IMG/VR virus record: IMGVR_UViG_3300046813_000065
Location: 1 to 36,468 of that record
Source: a virus
Lineage: Duplodnaviria; Caudoviricetes
DNA: 36,468 nt
Direction: 5' to 3' (one strand)
Shown here: in pieces, positions 23,866 to 32,382 of the stretch
Numbering within the stretch: position 1 is the first letter of the stretch
Layout: each line of letters opens with the position of its first letter
The notes under the pieces: model-generated
What the model was told of the DNA's origin: nothing
Databases searched by the model: none
The model's input: the letters and a program-made list of their open reading frames with translations, nothing else
Position numbers and translations under genes: made by a program

Positions 23866-24060
23866 TCACATCCCGGCCATGGTGGCCGGGTCCCAGTCCC
23901 GCGGGTACGTCCAGCCGTCATGCGTGCAGAACAGCGACCCGTCCGGTCCCTGCTGGAGCGGGGTGCCATCGTCCGGGCAGGCCCGCGGCGGCTGCCCTTC
24001 CCAGAACTCCCGCTGCTGCCGGTTCTGCGCGGCGATGGCACGCAGCTGTTCCCAGCTCAC
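23866..24060 (-). CDS. Small zinc-ribbon-like protein
   Basis: PPRACPDDGTPL...LFCTHDGW; GTGA coupling. Confidence 0.7.
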   Translation of the reverse strand: MSWEQLRAIAAQNRQQREFWEGQPPRACPDDGTPLQQGPDGSLFCTHDGWTYPRDWDPATMAGM

Positions 24061-24488
24061 AGCAGCGCCCGATGCCCGGCGTCGTGGGCTGCCAGCCGGG
24101 CGGCGAGCTCGGCTTTCGGCGCATACCCGTTGCCGCCCGTCACCTGCAGGCCGCGTTCTCTGCACAGGTCCCGCAGGTCCGTGAGCCGGTATGCCGCGTA
24201 GTCCGGCGGCTCGTCCTCGTCACCGGGAACCGGGGCCGCGCTCGCGGGCGGCACCGGATCTCCCGGAAGAGGGCCCGGCCTGGGGGCGCCGGGACCTACC
24301 AGGCGCACCCCGGGGGACAGGTCAGCTGGCACCGGGGCGCCCTCGGCCACGTAATGCGTGGCGCCGCCCTCCGCGTTTGCCTTCGCCACGGCTCCTCCTC
24401 CGCTGTAACCAGTGAACCCGCATCCCGGGCAGGCCGCCAGGCCTGCCGCACAGGTGGTCCGGCATCGCATGCATGCCTGCGACGGCAT
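24057..24488 (-). CDS. Protein with N-terminal Zn ribbon and C-terminal SAP/Rho-N-like helical domain
   Basis: CMRC...CPGC; YAAYRLTDLRDLCRERGL...KAELAARL. Internal GGAGGAGG RBS with GTG at 24389. Confidence 0.7.
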   Translation of the reverse strand: MPSQACMRCRTTCAAGLAACPGCGFTGYSGGGAVAKANAEGGATHYVAEGAPVPADLSPGVRLVGPGAPRPGPLPGDPVPPASAAPVPGDEDEPPDYAAYRLTDLRDLCRERGLQVTGGNGYAPKAELAARLAAHDAGHRALL

Positions 24489-24490
24489 GG

Positions 24491-24958
24491 CTAGGCCGCC
24501 ACCACCGTCGCGGCCGGATCGAGCGGCGTATACCACAGGTCCCACTTGACCGACCCGGTGTCCGTTGCGGTCGGCGTGATGTCGATGCCGCCAGCCGGGC
24601 ACAGGAACGCCGCCGCGGGGATCACGACGCCATTCGCGTTGGCGATGTCGGTGATGACCAGGGCACCGCCGGGACTCGCGGTCAGGTGCGTGCCCGCGGC
24701 GGCGCTGGTGATCACTGCCGTGGTCGCCAGCGAGTTGGCCACTGCGCTGCCCACGGTCGGCGTGTTGCCGATCACCAGGGACGTGACGGTCGCCCCGAGG
24801 ACGGTCGTGACCTCGCCGACGAGCAGGTTGATCTTGATGCGGCCGGTGACGGTGAAGATCGTGCCCTTGACGCCCGCGGGCAGTGCCGCTGTCGCACGGC
24901 TGACCAGGAACCCGAACTGCGCGTTGCGGAGCTGCGCGTTGATCGCTGGAGTAGGCAT
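24491..24958 (-). CDS. Putative virion structural/decoration protein
   Basis: Follows the capsid region; beta-rich, with IFTVTG...GEVTT and WDLWYTPLD. Confidence 0.6.
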   Translation of the reverse strand: MPTPAINAQLRNAQFGFLVSRATAALPAGVKGTIFTVTGRIKINLLVGEVTTVLGATVTSLVIGNTPTVGSAVANSLATTAVITSAAAGTHLTASPGGALVITDIANANGVVIPAAAFLCPAGGIDITPTATDTGSVKWDLWYTPLDPAATVVAA

Positions 24959-25395
24959 CAGAGCGCCGCCGACCGCAGCAGTTCAGGCGCGCGCTTCACG
25001 CCGAGGCTGTGCAGCACGAAAATCATCGTCGCCGTCGCGTGGGTCACGTCGAGCCAGGCGAAACCGTCCGACATCGACACCGCGGATACCTCGAAATACG
25101 TCAGGCCGCCGTTGATCGACGGCACCGTCGACGCCGCCGCCTGCGTTATCGGGGTCAGCCACGCGGTCGTCGTCCCCGCCACCGCCTGAGTCCAGTACCG
25201 GGTGACCACCGCAAGAGCCTGCTCAGTGCCGCCCGACGCGGCGTTGCACTCGTTCAGTGTCAGGTTCGACACTGCGGTCGCACCCACCATGAGAACGCCG
25301 ACCTGATCGTAGTCCCGCATCGCGAAACGGGACTTAGCGGTCGTGATCGACACGCCCAGATTGAACAGGCGCCCGAGCCCGAGCATCTGCGACAT
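24958..25395 (-). CDS. Putative capsid decoration protein
   Basis: First structural gene after MCP/endonuclease; GLGRLFN...MSDGFAW...LGVKRAPELL. Confidence 0.6.
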   Translation of the reverse strand: MSQMLGLGRLFNLGVSITTAKSRFAMRDYDQVGVLMVGATAVSNLTLNECNAASGGTEQALAVVTRYWTQAVAGTTTAWLTPITQAAASTVPSINGGLTYFEVSAVSMSDGFAWLDVTHATATMIFVLHSLGVKRAPELLRSAAL

Positions 25396-25456
25396 TATCT
25401 GCCTTCTTTCCCGGCCGGGTCGTTACCGCCGGCCATTGAGCCACGCTGGGCGGGAT

Positions 25457-26026
25457 TCATGCGCTTGCCTGCTGGCGAGCGGCACGCTTGATATCGATCG
25501 GCAGGGCTTCCTGGACGGGCGCGGCAGCCTTACGGGCTACTGCCTCTGCGTTAGCCGATTCGAGTTCGGCGGCAACCCGCCGCATTCGCTCAGGGTCATC
25601 ACCGAAGTAGCCGATTCCCTTGTTGCACTTCTCGCAGACCAGACCTCGGACGCAGTCCCCGCATGACCTGACCCCGCGGCAGCAGTTGTGATCATGGTCA
25701 ATGTGGATGGCCCGCTTCGTTCCCAGATCCAGCGGCTCACGACAGTAACGACAGCACCCCTCCTGCTGACGGAACAACTGCTCCCACAGATCAGCTGAGC
25801 CATATAGGTACTTGACCCGGTACGCTAGATCCCTATTGTGAGCCTGCACCCTGGCTGGATTAGCCTTCTTCCAGCGCACCGCCGCCGCCTGGGCTTCGGC
25901 ACGGTGGCCAGCACGGTAATCCGCCTGATATGCCGCCACGTCAAAGGACTTAGGCCGACCGTGTCGCCCGCAGCCACAACCCGGCAGGCATGAACCGCCG
26001 GGTCCGCGTTCGCGTTTATTCGTCAT
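25457..26026 (-). CDS. Endonuclease VII-domain (His-Me) homing-type endonuclease
   Basis: CRYC...IHIDHDHNCC...SCGDCVRGLVCEKCNKGIGYFGDDP; lower GC than its neighbours. Confidence 0.9.
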   Translation of the reverse strand: MTNKRERGPGGSCLPGCGCGRHGRPKSFDVAAYQADYRAGHRAEAQAAAVRWKKANPARVQAHNRDLAYRVKYLYGSADLWEQLFRQQEGCCRYCREPLDLGTKRAIHIDHDHNCCRGVRSCGDCVRGLVCEKCNKGIGYFGDDPERMRRVAAELESANAEAVARKAAAPVQEALPIDIKRAARQQASA

Positions 26027-26044
26027 AGCCCATTGTCCCTTTTA

Positions 26045-27454
26045 TCAGGTGCGCGTGCTTGAGAGCTGGACGAAGGCGCTAATGGTGGCACCTGAGTTTT
26101 TGGGAGTTAGAGCGGTTTGCAGCCACGGCCTTCCGTCGACGCGCTCGATGATCTTGTAAGCTATCTTATCAGTCGAAAATGCGAAGTGAGGAGACGCCGA
26201 AGCGGTAATTGCTTGTCTGTCTCCCACTAGATAGAAACTAGGATCGACGAAATTGATATCTCCCGTCGTTCCAAGCGCGGGACACTTTTCCGTGAAGTAA
26301 ACCGGCCTGCCGTAGATGCTCACCGGCGGCCCGTCGATGAGGCCGTTGTTCATCCACACCGGGGTCGAGTTGGACAGGGCTCCCTGGACGGCCATGAGGG
26401 CGAGCTGGGGGAAGGTGCCGATGTCGGCGATCCAGATCGCGTTTGCCAGCGATGAGGGGAGCATTCTGGCGTACATGGCGGCGAGGTTGTCGGCGATGAT
26501 CGTGCCGGCGCCCTGCCCGGTGACGGCGGTGGCGATGATCGCGGCGGAGGAGTTGATGAAGCCCAACGGCTCGCCGACGCCGAGGCCGGCCATGAACCGG
26601 TAGTCCTCTTCGAATGCCAGGGCCTTGGGGAGGGCCTGGTCGAGGAACGCGGAGAATGCGGGGGCGTCGGCGGGCAGCTCGGACGGGACGGTGCAATATC
26701 CCATGAGCTTCTTCGCGTCGAGCTTGACCTGGGCGAATTTGGCTGATGTCTCCGGGGGCGCGGTCGATTCGTCGACCCAGTAGGTCTGGATCCCGCCGAA
26801 GACGGTGGATGCGTGGGACTGGTCGTCGACGGTGGGCAGCGCCAGGGTCTGGCTGCTCATCGGGATGACAGTGGCGCGTGACCGGATGACGGCGGTCTCC
26901 AGCGACATCATCAGCAGGTCGGAGCGGAACTCCTCGGGGACGAGGAACCCGCCGTCGGAGGGGACGTCGGTGCCGAACGCGTTCTGGATGGCCTTGACCT
27001 TGGACAGCCGGGCGTTCAGGTCGTCGGCGTCCCTGTACTGGCGGCCGGCGCCTTCCTGCGTGACGGCGCGGAAGAAGTCACCCATCGTGTCGAACATGCC
27101 GTTGAGCGGGGAGCCGTGGGCGGCCTTGTTGTAAAGCGACTGGCGGCGGACGACGCTGCCCGGGCCGTTGCCGGGGGTGCCCGCGAACGGGCGCCCCGAC
27201 GCGATGCCCACGGGCACGGGGGAGGCGTGGGCACCGGATTCGCGGAGGAACTCGGCGAGGATGAGCTGCATCTGCTCCCGCTGCTGCGCCGCTGCCTCGG
27301 CGTCCTTCTTGTTCCTGATCGCAGCGTGCGCGTCGAGGAACTTCTTAGCCGTGCCGTCATTGACGGCGGCGGCTGAGAAGACGGCGCCCACCTTCTTCGG
27401 GTCAGCCAGGAACTCCCGCAGCTCTTCGCCGGTCTCCGGGATCTTGAAGTTCAT
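26045..27454 (-). CDS. Major capsid protein (HK97 fold)
   Basis: SDGGFLVPEEF, YWVDES, GVGEPLG, IYGRPV, YLVGDRQ and ERVDGRPW motifs. Confidence 0.93.
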   Translation of the reverse strand: MNFKIPETGEELREFLADPKKVGAVFSAAAVNDGTAKKFLDAHAAIRNKKDAEAAAQQREQMQLILAEFLRESGAHASPVPVGIASGRPFAGTPGNGPGSVVRRQSLYNKAAHGSPLNGMFDTMGDFFRAVTQEGAGRQYRDADDLNARLSKVKAIQNAFGTDVPSDGGFLVPEEFRSDLLMMSLETAVIRSRATVIPMSSQTLALPTVDDQSHASTVFGGIQTYWVDESTAPPETSAKFAQVKLDAKKLMGYCTVPSELPADAPAFSAFLDQALPKALAFEEDYRFMAGLGVGEPLGFINSSAAIIATAVTGQGAGTIIADNLAAMYARMLPSSLANAIWIADIGTFPQLALMAVQGALSNSTPVWMNNGLIDGPPVSIYGRPVYFTEKCPALGTTGDINFVDPSFYLVGDRQAITASASPHFAFSTDKIAYKIIERVDGRPWLQTALTPKNSGATISAFVQLSSTRT

Positions 27455-27456
27455 TT

Positions 27457-28518
27457 CTATGCCTCCTGAAGAGCTGCCAGAGCCCCGGGATCAAGGTCAA
27501 TATGGTTGTCACTGCCGCCGCCGCCCATGGCGGATTTGTGCGCGTCCAGGTGCGCCTGCGCCGCGGCCTTGTTCGTCAGCCCATCCGTGGAGCCGATGCG
27601 GCCGAGCGCCGCGGACACGCCATGCCGGTTCGGCGGATCGCCGGGATGGTAGTGATGCGGCAGCGCGTGCGCGGCCTGCGTGGCCGGATCACCCGCTTTC
27701 TTCCCGGCGCAGATCCCGTTGTAGAACGCGGCCGGGTCATCGGAACTGGCGCCGTTCGCCCACGCCTTCGCCGCATCCCACGCCGACTCGTCAACATCGT
27801 TCTGCGGGCGCGGCCAGCCAGCGAGCACCGACCGGTCGAACGACGCCGCAGGATCAGCGCCGTCACCGGCCGGCCGTTTCGCCACCTCATGGGCCAGCCC
27901 CGCATCAACGGCCTCCTGCGCCGTGTACCAGCCCTCGGCCACCATCGCCTTACGCCAGTCCGCCAGAGGTGTGCCCGTGTGCGCCGCATAGACGCTGGCG
28001 ATGTTGTCGCTGACCTTGTCGAGCAGTATCGCGGTTTCCCGCATGTCAGCCGCGTTCCCGATACACAGCGCGAGAGCGTCATGAATCATCATCATCGCCC
28101 CGGGCGACATGACCCGCTTCTGCCCGGCCATCGCGATCACGCTGGCCGCCGACGCGGCCAGCCCGTCCACCACCGTCGTCACCTGATCGCGCGCCGCGAG
28201 CGCGTTGTAGATCGTGATCCCGTCGAACGCGTCCCCGCCCGGGCTGTTGATGTGAACCTCGACCGCGCCGCTGATCCCGGCCAGCTCGTCGACGAACTCC
28301 TGCGCACTGATTCCCCACCAGGAAATCTCGTCGAAGATGTTGATCTGCGTGACCGCGCCGTCCTGTTGGCCGATCTTGAACCACCGCCGCTCCCGGCCTT
28401 CGATCTGAGGCTCGCGCCAGTCCTTCAGCGCCTTCAGCGCCATGGCGGCTTTCTGCGGCGACAGCGGCAGCCGCACCGGGGAACGGCCGGACTGGAGATT
28501 GGCCCACTGGGGGTTCAT
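27457..28518 (-). CDS. ClpP-type head maturation protease with C-terminal extension
   Basis: HINSPGGDAFDG, VDGLAASAASVIAMAG, MMIHDA and WYTAQEAVDAGL motifs. Confidence 0.92.
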   Translation of the reverse strand: MNPQWANLQSGRSPVRLPLSPQKAAMALKALKDWREPQIEGRERRWFKIGQQDGAVTQINIFDEISWWGISAQEFVDELAGISGAVEVHINSPGGDAFDGITIYNALAARDQVTTVVDGLAASAASVIAMAGQKRVMSPGAMMMIHDALALCIGNAADMRETAILLDKVSDNIASVYAAHTGTPLADWRKAMVAEGWYTAQEAVDAGLAHEVAKRPAGDGADPAASFDRSVLAGWPRPQNDVDESAWDAAKAWANGASSDDPAAFYNGICAGKKAGDPATQAAHALPHHYHPGDPPNRHGVSAALGRIGSTDGLTNKAAAQAHLDAHKSAMGGGGSDNHIDLDPGALAALQEA

Positions 28519-29912
28519 CGCGTCTCCACGAGGGAATGGCCGTTGACCGCGGCGGGCCGGTCTTCAGGGGGACGGGGGACGAAAGGCGCCCATCCGGCCT
28601 GTGGCTGCGGCGGCGGCGCCGGTTCGGGCTGCGGCTCTGGTGCTGCCGGTTCTGGGGTGGTGATCGCCGCCATCGGGGGCAGGCCGATCACCTCGAGCAC
28701 GTCCTGCGGGTCGAACACGCCGAGCTGGATCAGGATCCCGGCCGCGTTGGCCTTCGCGGTCAGCTCGCTGTTGTCCTGCTCCCGGTTCGCCGGGACCGGG
28801 CTGACATAATCAAACTCGACGTTCTGCCCGGGGGAGCCGAACAGCGGCAGGAACAGGTTATTCAGCGTTTCTTTGCGCCTATCCAGACGTGGAACTATTT
28901 TCCAGCTCTGAAAAACCTCTTCTGCGGTTTGCGCGTTGGCCCTGTTGATATCTTCAGAAAGGCCGAGCATTGCGCCATGCAGGCCATATGCCTCCCGGAT
29001 AATCTCACGGGAAACGCCGCGCAGATTGGCAAAGTCCATATCTTTGAGGGTCATCTGGTTCGGCACCCATTTGGCGCCGTTCTCCAGGAACGCGATCCGG
29101 TGCGCCGCGTTCACCCCTTGATGTGTCTCCCGCCACCGGGCGGTGAAGTCGTCGAACTCGGTGTCGTCGAGGGAGTTCGGTACCTCGATCACCCCGCCGG
29201 GGGTCGCGTCGTTCATGAAGAACGACAGGTTCCACCGCGCCGAGTAGGCGGCGGCCTGCAGGTCAACGAGCACCGCCTGGACCGGGCCCAGGCCCCTGTA
29301 CGGATCGAACGGGTTCGGCAGCTTCTCCATGATCAGCTCATGGGGCTGCAGTGGCACCCGCTCACCCGTGGGCCCGTGGTATATCCAGCCCTTCAAGAAC
29401 ACCTCGGGATCGGGTACGGCCTCGAGCCGGTCGGGGCGCACCGGCCACAACCCGACCGGGAATGTGGCCCGGGGGTCATATTGCACCGCCCACGGCGACT
29501 CGCCGGTCAGCTCCAGATACTGCTGCGACTGCTCGAACAGGGAGAACCGGGTCCACGCCGGCAGGTCCCGGCCGGCCGCGCTGAACATCGCGGGCCGGTT
29601 CAGCACCGACAGCGCCTGATGCTGCAGCACCTCCGTGCGCTGGTCGCTGCCAGTCTCGCCCGTCGAGTACCGGCGCCGGTTGTCGGTATTCTTGCGGTAC
29701 AGCCGCCACTCGGCCCGCGCGGTGCCGGACGACAGCAGGTGCACGATCTGCCACAGGGTGCCGTTCCCGGCGAGCGCCCGCATGAAGGTCTCGTTGCCGA
29801 TGCGGGATGTCATCAGCGGCGTGAACAGGCCGGTGCTCCCGCCGATGCTGCGGGGCCCGTAGGGGACAGGGCTGCCGCGCTGGTTCCGCAGCCGCCGCAG
29901 CCCCGACCTCAC
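28515..29912 (-). CDS. Portal protein (HK97 family)
   Basis: LELTGE, WPVRPDR, PNPFDPYRGLGP, FFMNDATPGG and NRANAQTA motifs. Confidence 0.93.
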   Translation of the reverse strand: MRSGLRRLRNQRGSPVPYGPRSIGGSTGLFTPLMTSRIGNETFMRALAGNGTLWQIVHLLSSGTARAEWRLYRKNTDNRRRYSTGETGSDQRTEVLQHQALSVLNRPAMFSAAGRDLPAWTRFSLFEQSQQYLELTGESPWAVQYDPRATFPVGLWPVRPDRLEAVPDPEVFLKGWIYHGPTGERVPLQPHELIMEKLPNPFDPYRGLGPVQAVLVDLQAAAYSARWNLSFFMNDATPGGVIEVPNSLDDTEFDDFTARWRETHQGVNAAHRIAFLENGAKWVPNQMTLKDMDFANLRGVSREIIREAYGLHGAMLGLSEDINRANAQTAEEVFQSWKIVPRLDRRKETLNNLFLPLFGSPGQNVEFDYVSPVPANREQDNSELTAKANAAGILIQLGVFDPQDVLEVIGLPPMAAITTPEPAAPEPQPEPAPPPQPQAGWAPFVPRPPEDRPAAVNGHSLVETR

Positions 29913-30061
29913 AGCGACGCCCGCACACAGCAGTCCTTGGCCTCCAGGAGCTTGCGCAGGCCGGCCGTCAGCTCCGGGCCTTCAAGATTCATCTGCGACT
30001 GGCGGGGCGGCAGGTGCCCATGCTCAAAGTAGGCCAGGATCGCCTCAGTCGCCGGATGCAT
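29909..30061 (-). CDS. Small helical-hairpin protein, possibly Tad1/Acb2-like (50 aa)
   Basis: Below the ORF-track cutoff: MHPATEAILAYFEHGHLPPRQSQMNLEGPELTAGLRKLLEAKDCCVRASL. GTGA coupling to the portal. Confidence 0.65.
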   Translation of the reverse strand: MHPATEAILAYFEHGHLPPRQSQMNLEGPELTAGLRKLLEAKDCCVRASL

Positions 30062-30062
30062 C

Positions 30063-30320
30063 TCAGTCCTCGTCAGCGATCTGGTGCTCGAGGATCATCA
30101 GGATCGGGGCGCAGGCGGCGAGCCCCACGATGGTGTTCAGGGCGAACGCGGCGGCGGCGAGGCAGCCCCACCCGGCGACGGTGAGCGGCATCGAGGCGAG
30201 ATTACGCAGCACCGGCTTTGCCGGGTGCAGCCCGCGGGCGGCGGATTGCGCCAGCCTGCGGCAGATCTGGCGCCACGGAACCGAACGCGCTGCCCGCGCG
30301 GGCAGTGAAGCAACCGCCAT
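30063..30320 (-). CDS. Small two-TM protein upstream of the portal (first late gene, leaderless)
   Basis: LTVAGWGCLAAAAFALNTIVGLAACAPILMILE; ATG lies 7 nt from TACACT. Confidence 0.7.
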   Translation of the reverse strand: MAVASLPARAARSVPWRQICRRLAQSAARGLHPAKPVLRNLASMPLTVAGWGCLAAAAFALNTIVGLAACAPILMILEHQIADED

Positions 30321-30362
30321 GACGCGAAGTGTAACCCTTAAGCAGACGTTTAGACTCCGGTC
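30321..30362. promoter_or_regulatory. Back-to-back leaderless late promoters (-10 elements only)
   Basis: Minus strand: TACACT(30333-30328)-N7-ATG30320. Plus strand: TAGACT(30351-30356)-N6-ATG30363. The two hexamers are 17 nt apart. Confidence 0.7.
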
Positions 30363-30653
30363 ATGCTCCACAGCGCGGACAGGACACTCGCCGCAGCCGC
30401 CGCCGAAACCATCACCGCGCTCGCCCTCGCACCCGAAGACGCCGCCGCAGTACGGCTCACCCAGCGGTACGCCGCCGAAATCGACGACGCCGCCGACCCC
30501 GCCGCCGCGCTCGAGCGGCTCGGGCCCAAGCTGCTCGCCGCCCTCGAAGCGCTCGGCGCCACACCACAGGCACGGTCACGCATCAAGGGAGGCCGCGCCG
30601 CCGATGCCGTCCCCGGCAAACTCCAGGCGCTCCGCGCCGCGCACCGCGCCTAA
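30363..30653 (+). CDS. Terminase small subunit
   Basis: DAAAVRLTQRYAAEID...GPKLLAALEALGATPQAR motif; immediately before TerL. Confidence 0.85.
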   Translation: MLHSADRTLAAAAAETITALALAPEDAAAVRLTQRYAAEIDDAADPAAALERLGPKLLAALEALGATPQARSRIKGGRAADAVPGKLQALRAAHRA

Positions 30654-32061
30654 GCTCTACGGCTGCGAGCGCCCGCGGCTGTGGACACCGCCGCTGCGCA
30701 CCCTCACCCGCCGCACCTCCGACGGGTACGCCGTCGCCGACTTCGCCCAGATGACCGGCGAGCCGCTGCTGCCCTGGGAACGGTGGACCGCCATCCACGG
30801 CCTGGAACTGCTCCCGGACGGCACCTACCGGTTCCGCACCGTCCTCGTCCTCGCCGCCCGGCAGAACGCCAAATCACATCTCAAACGCACCATCAGCCTC
30901 TGGAAGATGTACATCGGCGGGGCCAAGCGGATCCTCGGCGTCGCACAGGACGTCGCCCTCGCCCGCGACCAGTGGAACCTGTGCCAGGAAACCATCCACG
31001 ACAACCCCGACCTGCAAGCCGAATGGGGCCGGGTCCGCAACGTCAACGGCGACGAGATGTTCTGGGCCGCCGGATGCCGCTACGCCATCAAAGCATTCAA
31101 CCGCCGCGCCGGCCGCGGCGGCTCCAACGACGAAGTCAACTGCGACGAGCTCCGCGAAGCCACCGACTGGAAAGGCTGGGCCGCCGTCTCCAAAACCACC
31201 ATGGCCCGCCCCAAAGGCCAGATATGGGCCCTGTCGAACAGCGGCGACGACGAATCGATCTGCCTGAACGCACTCCAGGACGCCGCCCACGCCGGCCGCG
31301 ACGAAAGCCTCGGCATCTTCGAATATTCCGCACCCGACGGATGCGAGCTCGACGACCCGGCCGGCATCCGCCAGGCCAACCCCGGCCTCGGCCACGTCGT
31401 CTCAATGGCCGCAATCCGCTCCGCCCTCGGCACCGACCCGCCGAACGTCTACCGCGCCGAAATCCTCTGCCAGCGGGTCGACGTCCTCGAAAGCGCCGTC
31501 GATACCGCCGCCTGGCACGACTGCGCCGACGTCAAAGGCACCATGGACGGCCTGCGCAAGCAGCTCACCGCCGTCTTCGACATGTCACCAGACGCCCGGC
31601 ACTGCACGCTCAGCGCCGCCGCCAAGCTCAGCGACGGCAGGGTCCGCACCGAAATAGCCTGCGCCTGGGACAGCACCGAGCAGGCCCGCGCCGAACTCCC
31701 CGCTCTCCGCGGCAAAATCAGATGGCGCGCGTTCGGCTGGTTCCCATCCGGCCCCGCCGCAGCCTTCGCGCCACTGTTCCGCTCATGGCCCGAAGCCGAG
31801 GAACTCACCGGCGGCAAAGCCAGCGAAGCCTGCCAGGGCCTCGCCGACCTCGTCCTCGCACGCCGCATCATCCACCCAGCCCAGCCCCTCCTCGACACCC
31901 ACATCAGCGCAAGCCGCAAGCTCATCACCGGCGACGGCTGGCGGTTCACCCGCCGCGGCGGCGGCCACTGCGACGCCGCCTACGCCACAGCCGGGGCCGT
32001 CTACCTCGCGCTCACCACGCCCGAACCCAGACGGGCACGCATCAGGGTCCTCGTCGCATGA
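30604..32061 (+). CDS. Terminase large subunit
   Basis: PRLWTPPLR, LLPWERW, Walker A-like ARQNAKS, DELRE, LSNSGD, QANPGLG, and nuclease FDMSPD...HCDAAYA. Likely start is ATG 30604. Confidence 0.92.
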   Translation: MPSPANSRRSAPRTAPKLYGCERPRLWTPPLRTLTRRTSDGYAVADFAQMTGEPLLPWERWTAIHGLELLPDGTYRFRTVLVLAARQNAKSHLKRTISLWKMYIGGAKRILGVAQDVALARDQWNLCQETIHDNPDLQAEWGRVRNVNGDEMFWAAGCRYAIKAFNRRAGRGGSNDEVNCDELREATDWKGWAAVSKTTMARPKGQIWALSNSGDDESICLNALQDAAHAGRDESLGIFEYSAPDGCELDDPAGIRQANPGLGHVVSMAAIRSALGTDPPNVYRAEILCQRVDVLESAVDTAAWHDCADVKGTMDGLRKQLTAVFDMSPDARHCTLSAAAKLSDGRVRTEIACAWDSTEQARAELPALRGKIRWRAFGWFPSGPAAAFAPLFRSWPEAEELTGGKASEACQGLADLVLARRIIHPAQPLLDTHISASRKLITGDGWRFTRRGGGHCDAAYATAGAVYLALTTPEPRRARIRVLVA

Positions 32062-32333
32062 CCTGGCGGCCGCAAGACCGCAGGCACCCCTACGGCCCAG
32101 GCTGGCGCAGGGCAAGAGAACGCGCCATGCGCGCCGCGAACTGGCACTGCGAGATCAAGCTCCCCGGATGCGCCGGCGCCGCGAGCGAGGTCGACCACAT
32201 CCTCGGCGTCGCAGCCGACCCAGACCACACCATGCTCCGCGCCACATGCAAAACCTGCCACCGCAAGATCACCGCACAGCAAGGCGGCGGATCACGCGGC
32301 GACCCGCCCCACGAGCCACGAACCGCATGGTGA
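32058..32333 (+). CDS. HNH endonuclease (gp74-like packaging cofactor)
   Basis: CEIKLPGC...EVDHI...LRATCKTCHRKIT; ATGA coupling to terL. Confidence 0.88.
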   Translation: MTWRPQDRRHPYGPGWRRARERAMRAANWHCEIKLPGCAGAASEVDHILGVAADPDHTMLRATCKTCHRKITAQQGGGSRGDPPHEPRTAW

Positions 32334-32382
32334 TGCGGGGAGGGAAAAGACCCCGTGCGGCCCTGTTAGACCACCCAAGCTT

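Noticed and set aside
30130-30603. N-terminal extension of TerL to 643 aa
   Set aside because: It overlaps terS, the promoter gap and a minus-strand gene; ATG 30604 is more plausible.
30681-32057. 550-aa ORF fused to the HNH
   Set aside because: It is an off-frame shadow of terL in C-rich DNA. The HNH starts at ATG 32058.
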